From the human T2T-CHM13v2.0 reference genome, Homo sapiens, in the NCBI RefSeq assembly GCF_009914755.1, contig NC_060940.1: a DNA stretch of 64,000 nucleotides; one strand, 5' to 3'. A program made the position numbers and the translations under genes. Below the pieces are notes generated by a model that was not told the DNA's origin, did no database searches, and worked only from the letters and a program-made list of their open reading frames with translations. Below, piece after piece: positions 1 to 11,600 of this stretch (position 1 is the stretch's first letter; each line of letters begins with the position of its first letter).

Positions 1-622
1 ATTGTTCCATTCGATTCTATTCGATTCCTTTCGAAGATTATTCCATTTGAGTCCATTCGATGATGATTCCATTCCATTCCATTCGATGATTCCGTTTGAT
101 TCCATTCGATGATTCCCTTCGATTCCTTTCTTTGATGATTCCATTCCATTCCATTCAATGATTCCATTCGAATCTATTCCATGATGATTCCTTTCGATTC
201 CATTCGCTGATGTTTCCGTTCAATTCCATTCGATGATGATTCCATTCGATTCCATTCATTGAGGATTCCATTTGATTCCATTCAATGATGATTCCATTCT
301 ATTCCATTCAATGATTCCATTCAATTCCATTCAATGATTATCCCCTTAGAGTAAACTCAACGATTCCATTCAATACCATTCGATGATGATTCCTTTTGAG
401 TCCATTCAATGATTTCATTCAAGTCCATTTGATGATTCCTTTCAATTCCATTCTATGATGATTCCATTCGAGTCCATTCGATGATTCCATTCGATTGCAT
501 TCGATGATTCCATTATATTCCATTCAACGGTGATTCCATTCGAGTCCATTCCATGATTCCATTAGAGTACATTTAATGATTGCTTTGTTTTCAATTCGAA
601 GATGATTACATTGGATTCCATT

Positions 623-3600
623 CTATGATACCATTCGATTCCATTCAATGATGATTCCACTCAAATCCATTGGATGATTCCATTCGTGTCCATTCGGTGA
701 TTTCATTAGATTCCATTCGAGGATGATTCCATTCGATTCCATTCGATGATTCCATTCAATTCCATTCGAGGATGATTCCATTCCAGTCCATATGATCATT
801 CCATTTGATTTCATTCGATGATGATTCCATTCGATTCCATTCGATGATTCCATTCTATTCCATTCGATGATGATTCCATTCGAGTCCATTCGATGATTCC
901 ATTCGAGTCCATTTAATGATTCCATTGGGTTCAATTCAATGATGATTACATTGGATTCCGTTCTATGATTCCATTCAATTCCGTTCATTGACAATTTGAT
1001 TCCATTCGATGATGATTCCATTTGAGTTCATTCGATGATTCTATTTGATTCTCTTCGATGGTGATTCAATTCTATTATATTGGATGATTCCATTCGATTC
1101 CATTTGATGTTGATTCAATTCGATTCTATTCGATGGTGATTCCATTGGATTTCACTTCATGATTCTGTTCGATTCCATTCAATGATGATTCACTTCTCGT
1201 CCATTGGATGATTCCATTTCATTCCATTCGATGATGATTCCATTCGATTCCATTCGATGATTCCATTTGATTCCATGCGTCGGTGAGCAATTCGATTCAA
1301 TTCCATGATGATTCTATTTGATTCAATTAGATGATGTTTCCATTCGAATCCATTCCATGATTATTCCATTGGAATCCATTCGGCGATGATTCCATATGAG
1401 TCAATTCAATGATGATTCCATATGGGTCCGTTCGATGATAATTCCATTTGATTTCATTCGGTGCTTCTATTCAATTCCAGTCGATGATGATTCCGTTGGA
1501 GTCCATACGATGATTCCATTTGATTTCATTTGATGATGATTCCATTCGATGATGATTACATTGGATTCCATTCTATGATTCCATTCAATTCCATTCGTTG
1601 ATGATTCGATTCCATTCAATGATGATTCCATTTGAGTTCATTCGATGATTCTATTCGATTCCGTTCGATGGTGATTCAATTCTCTTATATTGGATGAATC
1701 CACTCGATTCCATTTGATGATTATTCCATTGGAGTCCACTTAGTGAATCCTTCAGATTCTACTCGAAGATGATTCCATTCAAGTCCATTCGATGATACCA
1801 TTCAATTCCATTCGTTGATGCTTCCATTCAAGTGCATTCGATGATATCATTCGATTCCATTTGATGATAATTCCATGTCATTCCATGCGATGATTCTATT
1901 CGATTCCATTCAATGATAATTCCATTCAGTTCAGTGATTCCTCTGGACTCCATTTGATGATGATTCCATTCAATGATTCCATTCGATTCTATTCGAAAAT
2001 GATTCCATTTGAATCCATTTGATGATGATTCCATTAGATTCCATTTGATGATTCCATTCGATTCCATGCGACGATGATTCCATTTGATTCCATTTGATGA
2101 TTCCATTCTATTGTATTCGATGATGATTCCATTCGATTCCATTCGATGATGATTGGATTTGATTCCATTTGATGATTTCATTTGATTCCATTCGTTAATG
2201 ATTTCGATCAATTCCATTCGATGATTCCATTCGATTCCATTCGATAATGATTACATCCGTGTCCATTCAATGATTTCATTTGAGCCTGTTCGATAATTCC
2301 ATTTGAGTCCAACCAATGATTCCATTCATTTCCATTCAATGATTCCATTCGAGTCCATTTGATCATTCCGGTAGGGTCCATTCGATGTTGATTCCATTGG
2401 AGTGCATTCGATGATTCCATTCGAGTCCATTTTATGATTTGATTCGAGTCCTTTCGATGATTCCATTCGATTCCACTCGATGATGATTTCATTCGAGTCC
2501 ATTCGACACTTCCAATCGATTCCATTTGATGTTTCCATTCGAGTCCAATTGATGATTCCATTCAATTCCATTCGATGATGATTCCGTACGATTCCATTCT
2601 GTGATGATTCCATGTGATTGCATTCAATGATGATTCCTTTAGATTGCATTCGATTGTGATTCATTTCGTCTTCATTCTATGGTTCCACAGGTTTCCATTC
2701 GTGTCCATTCCATTATTCCATTCTATTCCATTTGATGATGATTCCATTCGATTCCATTCATTGGTGATTCCACTCAATTCCATTCAATGATTCCATTCCA
2801 TTTCTTTCAACAATGATTCCATTAGTTTCTAATCGATGATCCACTTGATTCCATTTGACGACGATTCTATTCTTGTCCATTCGATGATTCCATTTGATTC
2901 CATATCATGTTGATTCCATTCGATTCCATACGATGATGATTCCATTCGAGTCCATTCCATGGTGATTCCATTCAATTCCATTCGATGATTCCTTTCGATT
3001 CCATTCGATGATGATGGCATTCGATTCCTTTCAATCATTCCCTTTGATTCCATTCAAAGGTGATTTCATTCAAGTCCATTCGATAATTGCATTCGATTCC
3101 ATTCTATGATGATTCCATTCGAGTCCATTTGATGATTCCATTCAATTCAAGTCAATGATGATTCCATTCGATTCCATTCGATGATTCCATTCAATTCCAT
3201 TCGATGATGATTCCATTCAAATCCATTCGATAATTCAATTCAAGTCCATTCGATGATGATTCCAATCGAATCCATTCAAAGATTCCATTCAGTTCCATTC
3301 GATGATTCCCTTAGATTCCATTCGATGATTCCACTTGATTCCATTTACGATGATTCCATTCGATTCCATGTGATGATTCCATTCAATTCTATTCAATGCT
3401 GTTTCCATTTGATTCCATTCGACCATGATTGCCTTTGATTCCATTCAATGACTCCATTCGGTTCCTTTTGATGATGATTCCGTTTGATTCCATTTCATTA
3501 TTCCATTTGATTCCATTGGATGAGTCCATTCGATTACATTCGATTATTATTCCATTCGAGTGCATTAGATGATTCCATTCGAGTCCATTCGATGATTCCA

Positions 3601-6600
3601 TTCGATTCCATTCGATGTTGATTCTGTTCAAATCCATTCGATGATTCCACTCGATTCCATTCGATGACTCCAGTTGATCCCATTCGATGATTTCCTTTGA
3701 TTCCCTTTGATGATCATTCCATTTGATTCAATTCGGTGATTTCATTTGATTCCATTCAGTGATGTTTCCATTCGACTCCATTCGATGATGATTCCATTCG
3801 ACTCCATTCGATTATGATTTCATTCAATTCCATTCGATAATGATTCCCTTCGAGTCCATTCGATGATTCCATTCGATTCCATTCAACAATGATTTGATTC
3901 GTGTCCATTCGATGATTCCATTTGATTCCACTTGATGATGATTCCATTCGAGTCCATTTGATGATTCCATTCAATTCCATTCTCCGATGATTTCTTTTGA
4001 GCCCATTCAATGCTTCCACTCGATTCCATATGATGATGACTCCATTCGATGAAATTCGATGATTCCATTCGCTTGCATTCGATGATGATTCCACTTGAGT
4101 CCATTAGAAGATTCTATTCATTGTTATTCGATGATTCCATTCGATCTCATTCGATGATGATTCCATTCAACTCCATTCGATGTTTCCATTCGAGTTCATT
4201 CTATTATTCCATTAGATTCCATTCGATGATGATTCCATTCGATTCCATTTGATGATTGCATTCTATTTCATTTGATGATGATTCCATTCGAGTCCACTCG
4301 ATGATTTCATTCGAGTCCATTTAATGAATCCATTGGTTTCAATTCTATGATGATTACATTGGATTCCATTCTTTGATGATTTCATTCGGTTCCATTCAAT
4401 GATGATTCCATTCAATTCCTTTCAATGTTTCCATTCAATTCCATACGATGATGATTCCATTTGATTTGATTCGACAGTGAGCCATTCGATTCAATTCCAT
4501 GATGATTCTATTTGATTCCATTGGTTGACATTTCCATTCGAATCCATTCGATGATGATTCCCTTTGATTCCATTCAAAGATGATTCCATTCTAGCCCATT
4601 CAATCATTCCATTCGATTCTATTCAATGATGATTCCATTCATGTCGATTTGGTGATTCCATTTGACTTCATTTGATGATGATTCCTTTCAAGTTCATTAG
4701 ATGATTCCATTCGATTCCATTTGATGATGATCCCATTCGAGTCCATTCAGTGATTCCACTCGTTTCCATTCCATGATGATTCCATTCCATTCCATTCAAT
4801 GATTCCATTCGATTCCGTTTGATGATGATTTCATTCGAGTCCATTTGATGATTCCATTTGATTCCATTCGATGATGATTCCATTCGAGTCCATTCGATGA
4901 TTCTATTCGAATCCATTTGATGATTTCTTTTGATTATAGTTGGTGATGATTCCATTGGAGTCCATTCAATGATTCCATTCGATTCCAATCGATGGTGATT
5001 CCATTAGAGTCCATTTAATGATTCCATTTGATTCCAGTCTCTAATGATTACATTCGAGTCCATACAATGATTCCACTCAATTCCATATGATGATGATTCC
5101 ATTCGATTCCATTCGATGATTCCATTCTATTCTATTCAATGGTGATTCCATTCAAATCCATTCGATAATTCAATTCAAGTCCATTCGATGATGATTAAAA
5201 TCGAATCCATTCAAAGATTCCATTCAGTTCCATTCGATGATTCCCTTAGATTCCATTCGATGATTCCACTTGATTCCATTTACGATGATTCCATTCGATT
5301 CCATGTGATGATTCCATTCAATTCTATTCAATGCTGTTTCCATTTGATTCCATTCGACCATGATTGCCTTTGATTCCATTCAATGACTCCATTCGGTTCC
5401 TTTTGATGATGATTCCGTTCGATTCCATTTGATGATTCCATTTGATTCCATTGGATGAGTCCATTCGATTACATTCGATGATTATTCCATTCGAGTGCAT
5501 TAGATGATTGCATTCGAGTCCATTCGATGATTCCATTCGATTCCATTCGATGTTGATTCTGTTCAAATCCATTCGATGATTCCACTCGATTCCATTCGAT
5601 GACTCCAGTTGATCCCATTCGATGATTTCCTTTGATTCCCTTTGATGATCATTCCATTTGATTCAATTCGGTGATTTCATTTGATTCCATTCAGTGATGA
5701 TTCCATTCGACTCCATTCTATGATGATTCCATTCGACTCCATTCGATTATGATTTCATTCAATTCCATTCGATAATGATTCCCTTCGAGTCCATTCGATG
5801 ATTCCATTCGATTCCATTCAACGATGATTTGATTCGTGTCCATTCGATGATTCCATTTGATTCCACTTGATGATGATTCCATTCGAGTCCATTTGATGAT
5901 TCCATTCAATTCCATTCTCCGATGATTTCTTTTGAGCCCATTCAATGCTTCCACTCGATTCCATATGATGATGACTCCATTCGATGAAATTCGATGATGA
6001 TTCCATTCGCTTGCATTCGATGATGATTCCACTTGAGTCCATTAGAAGATTCTATTCAATTACATTCCATGACGATTCCGTTCGAGTCCATTTGATGATT
6101 CCATTAGACTCCATTCGACGATGATTCCATTCGATGTTATTCGATGATTCCATTCGATCTCATTCGATGATGATTCCATTCAACTCCATTCGATGTTTCC
6201 ATTCGAGTTCATTCTATTATTCCATTAGATTCCATTCGATGATGATTCCATTCGATTCCATTTGATGATTGCATTCTATTTCATTTGATGATGATTCCAT
6301 TCGAGTCCACTCGATGATTCCATTCGAGTCCATTTAATGAATCCATTGGTTTCAATTCTATGATGATTACATTGGATTACATTCGTTGATGACTTCATTC
6401 GGTTCCATTCAATGATGATTCCATTCAATTCCTTTCAATGTTTCCATTCAATTCCATACGATGATGATTCCATTTGATTTGATTCGACAGTGAGCCATTC
6501 GATTCAATTCCATGATGATTCTATTTGATTCAATTGGTTGACATTTCCATTCGATTCCATTCGATGATGATTCCCTTTGATTCCATTCAAAGATGATTCC

Positions 6601-8669
6601 ATTCTAGCCCATTCAATCATTCCATTCGATTCTATTCAATGATGATTCCATTCATGTCGATTTGGTGATTCCATTTGACTTCATTTGATGATGATTCCTT
6701 TCAAGTTCATTAGATGATTCCATTCGATTCCATTTGATGATGATCCCATTCGAGTCCATTCAGTGATTCCACTCGTTTCCATTCCATGATGATTCCATTC
6801 CATTCCATTCAATGATTCCATTCGATTCCGTTTGATGATGATTTCATTCGAGTCCATTTGATGATTCCATTTGATTCCATTCGATGATGATTCCATTCGA
6901 GTCCATTCGATGATTCTATTCGAATCCATTTGATGATTTCTTTTGATTATAGTTGGTGATGATTCCATTGGAGTCCATTCAATGATTCCATTCGATTCCA
7001 ATCGATGGTGATTCCATTAGAGTCCATTTAACGATTCCATTTGATTCCAGTCTCTGATGATTACATTCGAGTCCATACGATGATTCCACTCAATTCCATA
7101 TGATGATGATTCCATTCTATTCCATTCGATGATTCCATTCTATTCTATTCAATGGTGATTCCATTCGAGTACATTAGATGATTCCATTCGATTCCATTCA
7201 ATGATGATTCTGTTTGTGTCCCTTAGATGATTCCACATGATTCCATTAGATGATGATACTATTTGAGCCCATCCAATGATTCCCTTCGATTCCATTCGAT
7301 GAGGATTCCATTCGATTCAATTCATTGGTGATTCTATTCAATTCAATTCTTTGATTCCATTCCATTCCATTCGACAATGATTCCATTCGATTTCTTTCGA
7401 TGATTCCACTCGATTCCACTTGACATTGATTCCCTTCGATTCCATTCAATGATTCCATTTGATTCCAGTGGATGATGATTGCCATCGATTCCATTCGATC
7501 ACTCCATTCTATTCCATTTGATGATGATTACATTCAATTCCATTTGACGATTCCATCTGATTCTATTCGAGGATTCCATTTGATTCCATTCGATGATGAT
7601 TCCATTCGAGTCCATTCGATGATTTCATTCGAGTACATCCAATGATTCCATTCGAGTCCATTTGATGATTCCATTTGATTCCATTTGATAATGATTCTAC
7701 TAGAGTCCATTCAATGACTCCATTCGAGTCCATTCAACAATTCCATTCGACTCCATTTGATGATTCCATTCGATTCCATTTGATGATTCCATTCGAGTCC
7801 ATTTAATCATTACAGTCGAGTCCATTTGGTGATTCCACCGGATTTCTTTTGATAATGATACCATTCAATTACATTTGATGATGATCCCATTCAATTTCAT
7901 TTGATGGTGATTCCATTAGAGTCCATTCGATGATTTCATTCGAGTCCCTTCATTGATTCCATCCGATTTCATTGGATGATGACTCCATTCGAGTCCATTC
8001 GATGATTCCACTCGATTCCATTAGATGATTCCATTGGAGTCCATTTGATTGTTCCATTCGATTCCATTCGATTCCTTTCGAAGATTATTCCATTTGAGTC
8101 CATTCGATGATGATTCCATTCCATTCCATTCGATGATTCCGTTTGATTCCATTCGATGATTCCCTTCGATTCCTTTCTTTGATGATTCCATTCCATTCCA
8201 TTCAATGATTCCATTCGAATCTATTCCATGATGATTCCTTTCGATTCCATTCGCTGATGTTTCCGTTCAATTCCATTCGATGATGATTCCATTCGATTCC
8301 ATTCATTGAGGATTCCATTTGATTCCATTAAATGATGATTCCGTTCTATTCCATTCAATGATTGCATTCAATTCCATTCAATGATTATCCCCTTAGAGTA
8401 AACTCAACGATTCCATTCAATACCATTCGATGATGATTCCTTTTGAGTCCATTCAATGATTTCATTCAAGTCCATTTGATGATTCCTTTCAATTCCATTC
8501 TATGATGATTCCATTCGAGTCCATTCGATGATTCCATTCGATTGCATTCGATGATTCCATTGTATTCCATTCAATGATGATTCCATTCGAGTCCATTCGA
8601 TGTTTCCACTAGAGTACATATATTGGTTGCTTTGTTTTCAATTCGAAGATGATTACATTGGATTCCATT
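623..8669 (+). repeat. HOR unit 1, expanded variant (8047 bp = 6112 + 1935)
   Basis: Anchor ctatgataccattcg at 623 and 8670; CCGG anchor at 2368 and 10415. Contains the tandem duplication 3208-5142 / 5143-7155. Confidence 0.9.
1319..1329 (-). promoter_or_regulatory. Candidate DUX4-type motif TAATTGAATCA, repeated at the same position in each full HOR (e.g. 9366-9376)
   Basis: The + strand tgattcaatta is the reverse complement of TAATTGAATCA, which fits TAAYBBAATCA. HSATII is an established DUX4 target, but binding at this site is not shown by the sequence. Confidence 0.35.
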
Positions 8670-11600
8670 CTATGATACCATTCGATTCCATTCAATGATG
8701 ATTCCACTAAAATCCATTGGATGATTCCATTCGTGTCCATTCGGTGATTTCATTAGATTCCATTCGAGGATGATTCCATTCGATTCCATTCGATGATTCC
8801 ATTCAATTCCATTCGATGATGATTCCATTCCAGTCCATATGATCATTCCATTTGATTTCATTCGATGATGATTCCATTCGATTCCATTCGATGATTCCAT
8901 TCTATTCCATTCGATGATGATTCTATTCGAGTCCATTCGATGATTCCATTCGAGTCCATTTAATGATTCCATTGGGTTCAATTCAATGATGATTACATTG
9001 GATTCCGTTCTATGATTCCATTCAGTTCCGTTCATTGACAATTTGATTCCATTCGATGATGATTCCATTTGAGTTCATTCGATGATTCTATTCGATTCTC
9101 TTCGATGGTGATTCAATTCTATTATATTGGATGATTCCATTCGATTCCATTTGATGTTGATTCAATTCGATTCTATTCGATGATGATTCCATTGGATTTC
9201 ACTTGATGATTCTATTCGATTCCATTCAATGATGATTCACTTCTCGTCCATTGGATGATTCCATTTCATTCCATTCGATGATGATTCCATTCGATTCCAT
9301 TCGATGATTCCATTTGATTCCATGCGACGGTGAGCAATTCGATTCAATTCCATGATGATTCTATTTGATTCAATTAGATGATGTTTCCATTCGAATCCAT
9401 TCCATGATTATTCCATTGGAATCCATTTGGCGATGATTCCATATGAGTCAATTCCATGATGATTCCATATGGGTCCGTTCGATGATAATTCCATTTGATT
9501 TCATTCGATGCTTCTATTCTATTCCAGTCGTTGATGATTCCGTTGGAGTCCATACGATGATTCCATTTGATTTCATTTGATGATGATTCCATTCGATGAT
9601 GATTACATTGGATTCCATTCTATGATTCCATTCAATTCCATTCGTTGATGATTCGATTCCATTCAATGATGATTCCATTTGAGTTCATTCGATGATTCTA
9701 TTCGATTCCGTTCGATGGTGATTCAATTCTCTTATATTGGATGATTCCACTCGATTCCATTTGATGATTATTCCATTGGAGTCCACTTAGTGAATCCTTT
9801 AGATTCTACTCGAAGATGATTCCATTCGAGTCCATTCAATGATACCATTCAATTTCATTCGTTGATGCTTCCATTCAAGTGCATTCGATGATATCATTCG
9901 ATTCCATTTGATGATAATTCCATTTGATTCCATGTGATGATTCTATTCGATTCCATTCAATGATAATTCCATTCAATTCAGTGATTCCTCTGGACTCCAT
10001 TTGATGATGATTCCATTCAATGATTCCATTCGATTCTATTCCAAAATGATTCCATTTGAATCCATTTGATGATGATTCCATTAGATTCCATTTGATGATT
10101 CCATTCGATTGCATTTGACGATGATTCCATTCGATTCCATTTGATGATTCCATTCTATTCTATTCGATGATGATTCCATTCGATTCCATTTGATGATGAT
10201 TGGATTCGATTCCATTTGATGATTTCATTTGATTCCATTCGTTAATGATTTCGATCAACTCCATTCGATGATTCCATTTGATTCCATTCGATAATGATTA
10301 CATCCGAGTCCATTCGATGATTCCATTTGAGCCCGTTCGATAATTCCATTTGAGTCCAATCAATGATTCCATTCATTTCCATTCAATGATTCCATTCGAG
10401 TCCATTTGATCATTCCGGTAGTGTCCGTTCGATGTTGATTCCATTGGAGTGCATTCGATGATTCCATTCGAGTCCATTTTATGATTTGATTCGAGTCCTT
10501 TCGATGATTCCATTCGATTCCACTCGATGATGATTTCATTCGAGTCCATTCGACACTTCCAATCGATTCCATTTGATGTTTCCATTCGAGTCCAATTGAT
10601 GATTCCATTCAATTCCATTCGATGATGATTCCGTACGATTCCATTCTGTGATGATTCCATGTGATTGCATTCCATGATGATTCCTTTCGATTGCATTCGA
10701 TTATGATTCATTTCGTGTTCATTCTATGGTTCCACAGGTTTCCATTCGATGACGTTTCCGTTCGTGTCCATTCCATTATTCCATTCTATTTCATTTGATG
10801 ATGATTCCATTCGATTCCATTCATTGGTGATTCCACTCAATTCCATTCAATGATTCCATTCCATTTCTTTCAACAATGATTCCATTAGTTTCTATTCGAT
10901 GATCCACTTGATTCCATTTGGCGATGATTCCATTCGTGTCCATTCGATGATTCCATTTGATTCCATATGATGATGATTCCATTCGATTCCATACCATGAT
11001 GATTCCATTCGAGTCCATTCAATGGTGATTCCATTCAATTCCATTCGATGATTCCTTCCGATTCCATTCGATGATGATGGCATTCGATTCCTTTCAATCA
11101 TTCCCTTTGATTCCATTCAAAGGTGATTTCATTCAAGTCCATTCGATAATTGCATTCGATTCCATTCTATGATGATTCCATTCGAGTCCATTTGATGATT
11201 CCATTCAATTCAAGTCAATGATGATTCCATTCAATTCCACTCGATGATTCCAGTGGATTCCATTCGATGATGATTCCATTCAAATCCATTCGATAATTCA
11301 ATTCAAGTCCATTCGATGATGATTCCAATCGAATCCATTCAAAGATTCCATTCAATTCCATTCGATGATGATTCCCTTAGATTCCATTCGATGATTCCAC
11401 TTGATTCCATTTACGATGATTCCATTCGATTCCATGTGATGAATCCATTCAATTCTATTCAATGATGTTTCCATTTGATTCCATTGGACCATGATTGCCT
11501 TTGATTCCATTCAATGATTCCATTCGGTTCCATTTGATGATGATTCCGTTCGATTCCATTTCATTATTCCATTTGATTCCATTGGATGAGTCCATTCGAT

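Noticed and set aside
339-362. Non-consensus islands such as tatccccttagagtaaactcaacg and ctatggttccacagg (~2677)
   Set aside because: They are in phase with the satellite and look like locally mutated monomers fixed in the HOR. They are useful as unit markers, but nothing supports a function.
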